64,000 nt of DNA from a phage. The stretch is from the NCBI GenBank assembly GCA_012365435.1, contig GCA_012365435.1_4518.1, one strand, 5' to 3'. Positions 9,317-20,585 of this stretch are shown here, one piece after another. Position 1 is the stretch's first letter, and each line of letters opens with the position of its first letter. A program made the position numbers and the translations under genes. Under the pieces are notes generated by a model. It had not been told where the DNA came from. It saw nothing but the letters and a program-made list of their open reading frames with translations, and searched no databases.

Positions 9317-9887
9317 AAAAGTTTCGGATTTGTTCCCAATTCAGAGAACGAAGATTATTACGAGAGTACTGAATTACTTCAATACCGGCTTGTTTAAGAA
9401 TGTCTGCCCAATTTTCAGGAGATCGGTCATATAATTCTGCATATACAACCTTTTTAATACCTGACTGTGTAATAGCTTTAGTGCAATCAGGACATGGAGA
9501 AAGCGTCGTATATAACGTAGCACCTTCAATAGAATTACCTTTACGAGCGGCAAACAAAATTGCGTTCAATTCTGCATGGATTTCATTATTAGCAGACCAT
9601 GCACTATGAGCAGCTCGGTGTTCTTTAGCCAAAACAAAATTATCGGCCCGTCCAAATGCTGTAGTGCCTTCTTTATGTCCAGCAATGATGACTGGGATTG
9701 GTTTATTCTTCAACCAACCATTTTCAGATGCATGTTCGCAACAGTTAACGCCACCTGCGGGTGAACCATTATATCCAGTAGAGATAATGCGCCCATCTTT
9801 TTCAATGACGGCGCCAACTTTCCATGAACAACACTTTGATTCTTGAGAAATCAGATATGCAATCTGAAGGTATGTGCTAGCTTTCAT
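9306..9887 (-). CDS. cd: dCMP deaminase, 193 aa
   Basis: HAE...PC..C zinc-binding cytidine/dCMP deaminase motifs (HAELNAI, CPDC); same length as T4 Cd. Confidence 0.92.
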   Translation of the reverse strand: MKASTYLQIAYLISQESKCCSWKVGAVIEKDGRIISTGYNGSPAGGVNCCEHASENGWLKNKPIPVIIAGHKEGTTAFGRADNFVLAKEHRAAHSAWSANNEIHAELNAILFAARKGNSIEGATLYTTLSPCPDCTKAITQSGIKKVVYAELYDRSPENWADILKQAGIEVIQYSRNNLRSLNWEQIRNFCGE

Positions 9888-10879
9888 TATTGAACCTTAT
9901 TAATATAAGTTAACAGCTCTTTAGTTTGTTCCCAACTGATGCACGCATCGGTAACGGAAACGCCATAGGACATATTATCAGAAATTTTTTGATTTCCTTC
10001 ATGTAGGAACGATTCTATCATAATTCCTTTGACCAAATCATTAGCTGCTAAATTTTTACCAATACCAATTTGATTGCTATAATGCCCATCAGCGTTTGCA
10101 TGGCTACAGTCAACCATTACATAATGATTCAGACCTACTGCCCTTGCTTTGTTAGAAGCTTCTTGAATATCAGAAGAATGATAGTTCGGGCCGTTGGTCC
10201 CGCCACGCAATACGATATGCGTATTCTGATTACCTTCAGCTTCAACAATGCCTACAGTACCATCGACGTCCATACCCATATACCGATGAGGCCAGGCGGC
10301 ACTATACATCGCGTCTGTAGCTACTTTAATAGAACCATTGGTTGCGTTCTTGAAGCCTACGCACATCGGTAGACCTGAAGCAATTTCACGATGTGTCTGA
10401 CTTTCAGTCGTACGGGCGCCAATAGCAACCCATGAGAAAATACCAGAAAGATACTTAATCGTGAATGGGTCTAATACTTCAGTTGCTAATGGAAGTCCCA
10501 TACGTAGAAGTTTACGACACAATGTTCGTGCAACTATAAGACCGTGGTTCATATCAAAACTTCCGTCAAGATATGGATCATTTACAAGACCTTTCCAACC
10601 TACGGTAGTTCGAGGCTTTTCAAAATAAACGCGCATCACTAACAGAACATTAGGAAGACGAGTTTGAAGTTCAGCCAGACGTTTGCCGTATTCAACAGCA
10701 GCAATAGGGTCATGAATTGAACAAGGACCTACAACAATAAGTTTGCGTGGGTCTTCACCGTTCATAATCGAATTAACTTGTTCGCGATGAGAAGCCACTT
10801 GTGATGCGTAAGCTTCCGACAAAGGAATAATCTCAGCCAGTTCTTTTGGAGAAATAAGTTTTCTGATGACAGGTAACAT
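9887..10879 (-). CDS. 3-deoxy-D-arabino-heptulosonate-7-phosphate (DAHP) synthase, class I (AroG-like), 330 aa
   Basis: GPCSIHDP, MRVYFEKPRTTVGWKGL and AIGARTTESQ.HRE.ASGL blocks nearly identical to E. coli AroG. Confidence 0.85.
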   Translation of the reverse strand: MLPVIRKLISPKELAEIIPLSEAYASQVASHREQVNSIMNGEDPRKLIVVGPCSIHDPIAAVEYGKRLAELQTRLPNVLLVMRVYFEKPRTTVGWKGLVNDPYLDGSFDMNHGLIVARTLCRKLLRMGLPLATEVLDPFTIKYLSGIFSWVAIGARTTESQTHREIASGLPMCVGFKNATNGSIKVATDAMYSAAWPHRYMGMDVDGTVGIVEAEGNQNTHIVLRGGTNGPNYHSSDIQEASNKARAVGLNHYVMVDCSHANADGHYSNQIGIGKNLAANDLVKGIMIESFLHEGNQKISDNMSYGVSVTDACISWEQTKELLTYINKVQ

Positions 10880-10999
10880 AACAATCCTTAGGAGATATAA
10901 ACAGATTCTGATTCAACAATACCTTTAACCGGATTAGATAGGCTAAGTTGGTAGTGCTCAGATTTATGACCATTCTCGATAGTAATGAGATAGCTCTCA

Positions 11000-11236
11000 T
11001 TATAGTGTTCCATATACTCGAGTTGCTTCAACAAGACCATCACTGCCTAATTTAAGATTAGTAATTTGGTCACCATCTTTAGGATTAACGATTATGAGAA
11101 AAGAACGTGGAGATTCTTGAATAACTCGTAATGTTGCATCTTGGAAACGTTCAGACACTTTATTGATGAGTGCTTGAGCAAATTCTTTTACTTTAATCTG
11201 AAATTCGTGTACTGTGATTGGGTTTTCACTTAGCAT
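11000..11236 (-). CDS. Hypothetical protein, 78 aa
   Basis: ORF downstream of PeSL-like promoter. Confidence 0.45.
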   Translation of the reverse strand: MLSENPITVHEFQIKVKEFAQALINKVSERFQDATLRVIQESPRSFLIIVNPKDGDQITNLKLGSDGLVEATRVYGTL

Positions 11237-11262
11237 TTCTATTTCCTCATTTGTTGGTAGAG

Positions 11263-11294
11263 TTATAGTATCACAACTCCACCATGTTGTAAAC
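11263..11294 (-). promoter_or_regulatory. Early promoter (PeSL-like)
   Basis: - strand GTTTAC, spacer, CTATAA. Confidence 0.45.
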
Positions 11295-11296
11295 CA

Positions 11297-11572
11297 TTAA
11301 ATTGCTTTGCATTCAATTTTTTGTGTACTGAAATTGATATCACATTGGATAACTAAATCGCCGTCAAGATCAAATACCACTATGACGTGTGCAGACCCAG
11401 GGAGAAGAGTAATAGCAATAGAATCTACTTGGTCTGGGAGCAAAGCATTGAGTACATGAGTTAGTTGAGCATGAACTCTGAGTTCGGCCGCATTATCAAG
11501 CACTTCAAACATATTATTAGCAATAATCTGACTGAAGACTACCTTTACAATTTCAGAATAAGTTGGGAACAT
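11297..11572 (-). CDS. Hypothetical protein, 91 aa
   Basis: ORF. Confidence 0.45.
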   Translation of the reverse strand: MFPTYSEIVKVVFSQIIANNMFEVLDNAAELRVHAQLTHVLNALLPDQVDSIAITLLPGSAHVIVVFDLDGDLVIQCDINFSTQKIECKAI

Positions 11573-11579
11573 AATTACC

Positions 11580-11804
11580 TCAGTGTACAGTATTTACTTT
11601 AACTCGAACAACAAATCGCTCGGTCGGTTCACCTACAGGAACAAACTCTACATGATATTCGCCTTTGTAACGAGTATTCAGATCATTACGAATTCCTGCG
11701 AGTTTGTTGATTAATGTAGGACTCATATTAAGTCCCACTAGTTTACGAAGCATTTTGTATGCTTCATCTTCGATTTCATGATGTTTATCGTACATAGTTT
11801 TCAT
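11580..11804 (-). CDS. Hypothetical protein, 74 aa
   Basis: ORF. Confidence 0.45.
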   Translation of the reverse strand: MKTMYDKHHEIEDEAYKMLRKLVGLNMSPTLINKLAGIRNDLNTRYKGEYHVEFVPVGEPTERFVVRVKVNTVH

Positions 11805-11975
11805 TTAACCATTCAATTGCCTGGTCGACGTTATCAAATATACCACCGTCCAAACGTTCTTCATGCTCATAGTCCAGCACATCAATACCGAACTGTCCAT
11901 TTACTAAAGGCCAGGCTACAAACAAATATTCTTTATGCTGTTCGATGGCCTCAATCACTTCATATAATCGTTTCA

Positions 11976-11976
<1 letters not shown>
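11785..11976 (-). CDS. Hypothetical protein, 63 aa
   Basis: ORF with ATGA-type overlap to pseT stop. Confidence 0.4.
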
Positions 11977-13062
<1,086 letters not shown>

Positions 13063-13063
<1 letters not shown>

Positions 13064-13362
13064 TATTTTATTCCTAAGAAAATTTCAAGAATACGAATGT
13101 TATGCTCGCGCCGGTCTTTATTAATTTCAGCAACGTTTTTATTAATTGACGTACTTCTAACGTTTGAAGAAATAAATTTAATCATATGACTTTTGAGTTG
13201 TTGCAAATCCAACCCTTTTTCTTTAGCAGCTTTACGAAGAGCTTTACCTGCTTCATCTAGTGCCTTTGCTGCATCTTTGTCATAATTGCCAAGTGACATT
13301 CCACGACAGATATCAATATACTCATCAGACCGTTTGATGTAATTCTCTAGTAATGTTTTCAT
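13063..13362 (-). CDS. Hypothetical protein, 99 aa
   Basis: ORF downstream of promoter 13385..13420. Confidence 0.45.
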
Positions 13363-13384
13363 TTAGATTTCCTCAATTATCCAT

Positions 13385-13420
13385 AGGAGCATTATACTCT
13401 GCTCCTGAGAGTTTGTAAAC
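13385..13420 (-). promoter_or_regulatory. Early promoter (PeSL-like)
   Basis: - strand GTTTACA, 18 nt, TATAAT; -10 lies within inverted repeat aggagca/tgctcct. Confidence 0.55.
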
Positions 13421-13644
13421 TATTTTACTAAAGATTCAATATACTCGTGAAGAGCTTTAGTCGCTACTGCCCACTTATTCTGATATTCATTTTTCAGATT
13501 AGCACGAGACTGAACTAACAATCGGTCATTAGTCGGAGGCAAAGATTCTAATCGTTGAATCTGGCGCCCATAAATCATAGCCGCCATTTCAGATTCATAG
13601 ATAAGCCCTTTAATGTATTCATGCTGTTCTTTAGTCATTGGCAT
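13420..13644 (-). CDS. Hypothetical protein, 74 aa
   Basis: ORF. Confidence 0.45.
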   Translation of the reverse strand: MPMTKEQHEYIKGLIYESEMAAMIYGRQIQRLESLPPTNDRLLVQSRANLKNEYQNKWAVATKALHEYIESLVK

Positions 13645-13925
13645 TTTTCCTCTTTTAAACCACTACGATAATAACATATCATAGTCTTCTGGTCATGTAC
13701 ATATCTTTTTACGTCGTTTAACCAGATACGAAATTCTTGAGAGTCTTCAAATGGCATTCCAACCCACGGATTACCATCAATAACCTTTACTTGCCATTTC
13801 TGGTTATATTCAACAATAGATTCAGGCCATGGCGGATGTAAAGTTTCTTTAGGGCTTAAGGGCACATCCTGGGCACATCCAGCCAAAATGCCAATAGATA
13901 ATACAACTGCGGTTAATTTAATCAT
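13635..13925 (-). CDS. Outer-membrane spanin (lipoprotein; pseT.2/Rz1 equivalent), 96 aa
   Basis: Signal peptide with lipobox LAGC; position matches T4 pseT.2, which is the T4 Rz1 equivalent. Confidence 0.65.
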   Translation of the reverse strand: MIKLTAVVLSIGILAGCAQDVPLSPKETLHPPWPESIVEYNQKWQVKVIDGNPWVGMPFEDSQEFRIWLNDVKRYVHDQKTMICYYRSGLKEEKCQ

Positions 13926-14278
13926 TCTGAGAGCTTCCTGAGGTCTTCTGCAAAGGAATCGAAGGACCTGTTGATTTGTTTTTCGACCAATCCTGGCTTA
14001 CTTGCCACCACGTTCTTCTTCTTCGAATCCTGACGGAGCTTTTCATTTTCAGCCTTAAGTTGGTCAACTAAAACACGATTCTTATATGTCATTTCTTCTA
14101 TAGACTGATATTGAATCTTGAAGTCGTCTAATACTTTAGCATTGTTTTTAGCAGTCTCTTTAACAGAAGCCAATTCAGTATTCAGCGAATCGACTCTATG
14201 GTTCAGAAATGCTATTGTTACAGTAGCAACAACTGCAAAAGCTGCCACTACAATATATGATGCATTTACTTTAAGCAT
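13922..14278 (-). CDS. Inner-membrane spanin (pseT.3/Rz equivalent), 118 aa
   Basis: N-terminal transmembrane helix then coiled-coil-like charged region; ATGA overlap with the lipoprotein ORF. Confidence 0.65.
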   Translation of the reverse strand: MLKVNASYIVVAAFAVVATVTIAFLNHRVDSLNTELASVKETAKNNAKVLDDFKIQYQSIEEMTYKNRVLVDQLKAENEKLRQDSKKKNVVASKPGLVEKQINRSFDSFAEDLRKLSE

Positions 14279-14766
14279 GTTTGAATAATCTCAATGATTT
14301 CGTCTCGGGATAATCCATTGATAAGAACTGTTTTAGGCCCATCAGTTTGGATTTTGTATGATTCAAACAATACACACAACTCTTCTGCTGTATGATACGG
14401 ACTTGAAATTCCGAGGCGGTTGAATTTGTCGGTAAGAGGGTCGCAAATAATGTAGAATTTTATACCTGCGATATGTACGTTTGGTTGACTAATATTAACG
14501 AAAACATTAGCGTCATATTTAGTCAAATTGTTTTGAAGAAATTCTACCATGGCATTAACTGCTTCCGGCATCGCTTCGCGTTTCTCTTCAGCGTATCGGG
14601 TGGAATATTCCTTTTGCTTTAACTTCTTTTTAGCATTTTTCGCTAGAGTAGTACGAAGGTCCGTAAGATAACCAACTGGACGTCCTTTCTTAAAGACTCG
14701 GATTCCGTCAGTTGTGTCTCCAAAAGCGGTTACGACCATATCATTAGTAATCAATTGCATATTCAT
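14266..14766 (-). CDS. alc: Alc-like protein (inhibitor of host transcription), 166 aa
   Basis: Length (T4 Alc 167 aa) and position between the spanins and rnlA. Confidence 0.6.
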   Translation of the reverse strand: MNMQLITNDMVVTAFGDTTDGIRVFKKGRPVGYLTDLRTTLAKNAKKKLKQKEYSTRYAEEKREAMPEAVNAMVEFLQNNLTKYDANVFVNISQPNVHIAGIKFYIICDPLTDKFNRLGISSPYHTAEELCVLFESYKIQTDGPKTVLINGLSRDEIIEIIQTCLK

Positions 14767-14794
14767 AATTTTCTCCTCGTGTTATTGATAAAAG

Positions 14795-14826
14795 CCATAG
14801 TAACACCTTCCTTGGTGTTTGTAAAC
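14795..14826 (-). promoter_or_regulatory. Early promoter
   Basis: - strand GTTTAC, 18 nt, TACTAT upstream of alc. Confidence 0.5.
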
Positions 14827-14828
14827 CA

Positions 14829-15962
<1,134 letters not shown>

Positions 15963-15977
15963 TCAGTTAGTTTTTTT

Positions 15978-16009
15978 AAATTGTACCACAATCCTTGTGG
16001 TATGTAAAC
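15978..16009 (-). promoter_or_regulatory. Early promoter
   Basis: - strand GTTTACA, 18 nt, TACAAT, with flanking inverted repeat ccacaa/ttgtgg. Confidence 0.5.
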
Positions 16010-16419
16010 TACTTTTTCTTATGTTGGATATTCCAAGGCGGGTTGAACTTTTTGATAAAAAGCGGTTCTTCAAGGTCCATTGTTGCGATGGTCATTGAAC
16101 CAAGTTCGTTGGTGACTGAAAGGTCAAAACATTGGCGGGCCCAGAATTCAACCTTTTTGCCTTGCATTAAGGCATCCAAAATCATAAGTGATTTTCTTGA
16201 ATCTGAAGTCTGGTCTTTTCGATTTATGGCTGTTCGATAATAGTTAATGCGTTTCTTTAAATTCTTGGTTTTACCAATATACACAAGTTCGTCATCTATA
16301 GCAATAGCGTATATGACATTTTTCTTATTAGGGACATCAACTGTTTTAATTGTTGCATCTTCTAATAGCTCCAATTCTGTATATTTAATAAAGGAATATT
16401 CGGCGGCAATATCTTTCAT
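16009..16419 (-). CDS. denA: Endonuclease II (GIY-YIG family), 136 aa
   Basis: Same length as T4 DenA; GIY-YIG-like IYAIAI...VYIGKT motif; position between rnlA and nrdB. Confidence 0.85.
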   Translation of the reverse strand: MKDIAAEYSFIKYTELELLEDATIKTVDVPNKKNVIYAIAIDDELVYIGKTKNLKKRINYYRTAINRKDQTSDSRKSLMILDALMQGKKVEFWARQCFDLSVTNELGSMTIATMDLEEPLFIKKFNPPWNIQHKKK

Positions 16420-16427
16420 AATAAAGT

Positions 16428-16441
16428 GGGACCGAAGTCCC
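16428..16441 (-). terminator. Tetraloop hairpin between nrdB and denA
   Basis: gggaccgaagtccc. Confidence 0.35.
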
Positions 16442-16445
16442 GTCC

Positions 16446-17624
16446 TTAGAAATATTTTTTGAACGAATTGATTACATTTTGGTCTACATCATTATCAATT
16501 TGTGCGACAAGATAAGAACTGATTTCAACTTCCTGAGGAGCTGCTTGAACTAAATCTGAGTTCAGATATTCACGAATCCAAGGATACGGATGCTTGGTCG
16601 GAGCATCAGTGATTGGGCATGGCAAACCGCACTGTTTCATACGAGACACAGTCAAGTAATCAACAAAAGCACACATACTCTGCGTATTGATACCTGGACA
16701 TGTACCATCTTTAAAGAGGTGTGCAGCCCATTCCTTCTCTTGACTATTTACTTCCATAAAGATATCTACTGCTTCTTGCTCACACTCTTTAGCAATTTGA
16801 ACCCATTCATCCCCATCAACACCAAGTTGGAGTTGTCGAATAATGTACTGAGTGCCTTTAAGGTGGAGTTGTTCGTCACGAGCGATAAACTTCATAATCT
16901 TTGCATTACCTTCCATGATTTCCATGTTCTTATGGAAGTTGAAAGTACATGCAAATGATACGTAAAAACGAATAGCTTCTAAGGCGTTAATAACGTGTAA
17001 GCAGAGATAAAGAGACTTCATTAATGCACGTTTACATTCTTCCACATGCATAAGACTATTTGAATATGCATCCAAATCATATTCATTTTCGGAAAAACAT
17101 TTAAAAATTTCTTTAGCATTTTCCCATTCACGTGTTTTAACTAGAACATCATCGTAATATTTACCTATTGATTCAGCTCGTTTCATGATTGCTTCGTCTA
17201 ATACAATCTCATCAAATACCTTCGATGGATCAGTATAAAGATTTCGCATGATATGAGTATATGAACGAGAGTGAATGGTTTCACTGAATGTCCATGTAGC
17301 AACCCATGTATCTAATGAAGGGTCGGAAAGCAATGCCATAAGTACCGCAGATGGTGCCCTGCCTTGGATAGAATCCAATAATGATTGATACTTAAGGTTG
17401 TTCGTAAAGATGTTCTGTTGGAACTGTGGAAGCTTATTGAACTGCGCAGAGTCCAACATCAAGTTTACCTCTTCAGGGCGCCAAAAAAACGACAATTGCT
17501 TTTCAATAAGCTCTTCAAAAACTTTATGGCGTTGAATATCGTAACGCGCAAGGCCAAGACCGGAACCAAAGAACATTGGTTCATTCAAAACATCAACTTT
17601 TTGGGTATTAAAAACTGTACTCAT
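16446..17624 (-). CDS. nrdB: Ribonucleotide reductase small subunit (class Ia), 392 aa, uninterrupted
   Basis: Di-iron/tyrosyl radical protein features, length near T4 NrdB; no intron. Confidence 0.93.
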   Translation of the reverse strand: MSTVFNTQKVDVLNEPMFFGSGLGLARYDIQRHKVFEELIEKQLSFFWRPEEVNLMLDSAQFNKLPQFQQNIFTNNLKYQSLLDSIQGRAPSAVLMALLSDPSLDTWVATWTFSETIHSRSYTHIMRNLYTDPSKVFDEIVLDEAIMKRAESIGKYYDDVLVKTREWENAKEIFKCFSENEYDLDAYSNSLMHVEECKRALMKSLYLCLHVINALEAIRFYVSFACTFNFHKNMEIMEGNAKIMKFIARDEQLHLKGTQYIIRQLQLGVDGDEWVQIAKECEQEAVDIFMEVNSQEKEWAAHLFKDGTCPGINTQSMCAFVDYLTVSRMKQCGLPCPITDAPTKHPYPWIREYLNSDLVQAAPQEVEISSYLVAQIDNDVDQNVINSFKKYF

Positions 17625-17674
17625 TATATTCTCTCAATAGTGACTCATCCATGAGTCAATTATAAACAAAATTC

Positions 17675-19930
17675 TTAAAGCTTACAAGCGGAGCAATCTT
17701 CAGCTTTAGGCGTTTCTAACTCATAGTCATCTGTACCAGAACCATCTCGAGTGTTATGATAGTAAAGGTTCTTACCACCAAAGTACCAGAAGTAAAGCAA
17801 GTCATCAAGCATTACAGACATTGGCACTTTGCCTTTCTCAAAGACTGAAGGGTCGTAGTATGTATTAGCAGAAGCAGATTGGCACACCCATTTTAACATG
17901 ATAACAACTTGTGTCAGATAAGGCTTATTACCTTTCTTAGCGAGTTTCCACGCATAGTCATAAAGACCCATGTTGTGTTCAATATTAGGAACAACCTGTC
18001 GGAAGTTGCCTTCTTTAGATTCTTTAATACTTACAGGTCCACGAGGTGGCTCTATACCGTTTGTGCTATTTGAGACTTGACTGCTTGATTCGCATGGCAT
18101 GAGAGCACTAAGTGTGCTGTTACGAATTCCATGTTCTTTGAGTTCAGCTCGAAGTTCTTCCCAGTCACAGACGTAGTTCGGGGCTGCGATTTGGTCAATC
18201 TTTTTATTGTACCAGTCGATAGGTAATTCGCCTCTAGACCATTTAGTGTCTGAATAATACTCACAAGGTCCTTTTTCTTTGGCGAGTTTGATTGAAGCTT
18301 TGATAAGGCCATATTGCAATCTCTCAAACAATTCATGAGTCAAATCGTTAGCGTCTTCATATGAAGCAAAGTTAGAAGCTAACCATGCGGCATAGTTCGT
18401 CACACCAACACCGAGATTTCGACGCTTTTTAGCTTTTAAAGCTTCTGGAACAGGATAATCTTGATAGTCTAACAAGTTATCAAGTGCACGTACTTGTACT
18501 TCGGCCAGTTCATTAATTTTATCTTGGTCTTGCCAATCAAATTTATCTAATACAAAAGCAGATAACGTACATAAACCAATTTCAGCATCAGGACCATTCA
18601 CATCATTAGTTGGAATAGCGATTTCACAACATAAGTTACTCTGACGAATTGGAGCTTTTTCACGAATAAACGGAGTGTAGTTATTCGTGTTATCAACAAA
18701 CTGTGGATAAATTCGAGCAGTACCAGAACGTTCAGTCATGAACAATTCAAAGAGTTCTAATGCTTTGATTCTTTTCTTTCTGATTGTTGGGTCTTTTTCA
18801 GCTTTCTCATAAAGCTCACGGAATTTATCTTGATCTTCAAAGAACGAGTAATATAGTTCGCCTGACATTTCGTGAGGGCTAAATAAAGTAATATAATCAT
18901 TTTTACCAAGGCGTTCCATCATGAGGTCATTAATCTGAATTCCGTAGTCCATATGTCGAATACGGTTTTCATCCACGCCTTTGTTATTTTTCAGGACTAA
19001 CAGGTTCTCTACTTCTAAATGCCACATAGGATAATACGCTGTAGCAGCACCACCACGAATACCACCCTGAGAACAAGATTTTACTGCGGTTTGGAAATGT
19101 TTCCAGAATGGAATAACACCGGTGTGTCGTACTTCACCCATACCAATCTTAGAACCTTCTGCACGAAGCATACCAACGTTGATACCGATACCAGCTCGTT
19201 TAGAAATATATTCAATAATTGATGCTGAAGTTTTGTTAATAGATTTTAACGAATCACCGGCTTCAATAACTACACAACTAGAGAACTGGCGAGTTGGAGT
19301 ACGAGCACCTGCCATAATTGGGGTTGGCAATGAAACTTGATGAGTAGAAACGGCATCATAAAAACGAATAATATGTTTCAAACGGTCATGAGTTTCGTCT
19401 TGATGTAAGGCCATGCCAATAGCCATGATAGCAAACTGTGGAGTTTCATAAATCTTCCCAGTTGTTTTATCTTTAACTAGATATTTTTCTTTAAGCTGCA
19501 TAGCACCAGCATAAGTCAGGTCAAAGTCTCGTTCATGTTTAATCTGTGAATCGAGATAAATGATTTCTTCTGCTGAATATTGAGACAACAGCTCAGGGTC
19601 GTATTTGCCTTCATTAACACAATAAGAAATATGGTCGATAAAAGCAGGCGGTTCAAACTGCCCATACACATCTTTACGAAGTGCAAACATTAATCCTTTA
19701 GCGGCAACATATTGATAGTCAGGTTCTTCGACAGAAATCAAGTTAGCTGCAACTTTAATACAAATCTTCTGGATATCTTTGGTACTCATCCCATCAACCA
19801 GATGAGTCTTAATTTCTTCATACAATTCGTATGGGTCGATTTGTGTTCCTTCACACTGCCAAGTTAAGACTTGAATAATTTTCTGTGCATCAAAATTTTG
19901 GGATACACCACTGCTCTTAGTTACTTGCAT
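17675..19930 (-). CDS. nrdA: Ribonucleotide reductase large subunit (class Ia), 751 aa
   Basis: Length, C-terminal Cys pair, match to T4 NrdA. Confidence 0.95.
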   Translation of the reverse strand: MQVTKSSGVSQNFDAQKIIQVLTWQCEGTQIDPYELYEEIKTHLVDGMSTKDIQKICIKVAANLISVEEPDYQYVAAKGLMFALRKDVYGQFEPPAFIDHISYCVNEGKYDPELLSQYSAEEIIYLDSQIKHERDFDLTYAGAMQLKEKYLVKDKTTGKIYETPQFAIMAIGMALHQDETHDRLKHIIRFYDAVSTHQVSLPTPIMAGARTPTRQFSSCVVIEAGDSLKSINKTSASIIEYISKRAGIGINVGMLRAEGSKIGMGEVRHTGVIPFWKHFQTAVKSCSQGGIRGGAATAYYPMWHLEVENLLVLKNNKGVDENRIRHMDYGIQINDLMMERLGKNDYITLFSPHEMSGELYYSFFEDQDKFRELYEKAEKDPTIRKKRIKALELFELFMTERSGTARIYPQFVDNTNNYTPFIREKAPIRQSNLCCEIAIPTNDVNGPDAEIGLCTLSAFVLDKFDWQDQDKINELAEVQVRALDNLLDYQDYPVPEALKAKKRRNLGVGVTNYAAWLASNFASYEDANDLTHELFERLQYGLIKASIKLAKEKGPCEYYSDTKWSRGELPIDWYNKKIDQIAAPNYVCDWEELRAELKEHGIRNSTLSALMPCESSSQVSNSTNGIEPPRGPVSIKESKEGNFRQVVPNIEHNMGLYDYAWKLAKKGNKPYLTQVVIMLKWVCQSASANTYYDPSVFEKGKVPMSVMLDDLLYFWYFGGKNLYYHNTRDGSGTDDYELETPKAEDCSACKL

Positions 19931-19989
19931 ATATTCCTCAGTATAGGTTGATAGACATTACTCCAAACGGGATAGTATTTATCCCGTTA

Positions 19990-20017
19990 ATTTATTATAC
20001 ACTTTTAAACTGAAGCG
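19990..20017 (-). promoter_or_regulatory. Possible MotA-dependent middle promoter upstream of nrdA
   Basis: - strand AACGCTTCA (near MotA box TGCTTtA) 11-12 nt upstream of TATAAT. Confidence 0.3.
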
Positions 20018-20272
20018 TTAATTATCCTCAGCAATAATTTCTTCATATTCTTTAGGAGTCAAGACTGTAATATCGAAATAAACCAGAGGTTCTTTTTCCA
20101 TACCGAATCCACCACAGAATTCACGATATTCATAAATTCGTTCATGTGAATGGCAAATGAATCGTTCACCTTTAACTGTGATTTCACTATTCGGTGAAGG
20201 GATATCCAGTTCACTTGGATTTTTCATTTCAAAAATTGTGGTGCCATATGAATTAATAAAACGTAAAATCAT
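20018..20272 (-). CDS. Hypothetical protein, 84 aa
   Basis: ORF between td and nrdA. Confidence 0.5.
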   Translation of the reverse strand: MILRFINSYGTTIFEMKNPSELDIPSPNSEITVKGERFICHSHERIYEYREFCGGFGMEKEPLVYFDITVLTPKEYEEIIAEDN

Positions 20273-20273
20273 T

Positions 20274-20585
20274 TTATACCGCCATTTTAGCTTTGATAGC
20301 TGGGTGTGATTCGTAATTTTTAAGAATAAAGTCTTTAGGACGAAGTTTTAATACATATTCGATTTGTTCTTCGGTTGTTAGATGCCTAAATTTGTATGGT
20401 AATCCGTTAATAACTAATTCACACAGTTCTTTAGGCTCACGACGTAAAACTTCTTTGCATTGCTCTACGTGGTTGCTGTAGATATGCGTGTTGCCGCCTG
20501 AGAATACTAAATCACCCGGGATAAGATTACACATCTTAGCTACAATATGAGTCAAGGCAGCGTACGAGGCAATGTTGAACGGTAG
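20274..20585 (-). CDS. td: Thymidylate synthase, exon 2 (103 codons plus stop)
   Basis: Translation LPFNIASYA... continues TS after exon 1; the ATG at 20586..20588 is the 3' end of the intron, as in T4. Confidence 0.9.
   Translation of the reverse strand, partial: LPFNIASYAALTHIVAKMCNLIPGDLVFSGGNTHIYSNHVEQCKEVLRREPKELCELVINGLPYKFRHLTTEEQIEYVLKLRPKDFILKNYESHPAIKAKMAV

Noticed and set aside
9887-10879. DAHP synthase as host DNA contamination or chimeric assembly
   Set aside because: Gene is co-oriented and tightly packed between phage cd and phage small ORFs with overlapping or adjacent stop/start codons and phage-like AT content; cannot be fully excluded without reads
16446-17624. Expected group I intron in nrdB (as in T4)
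   Set aside because: nrdB is a continuous 392-aa ORF; no interruption
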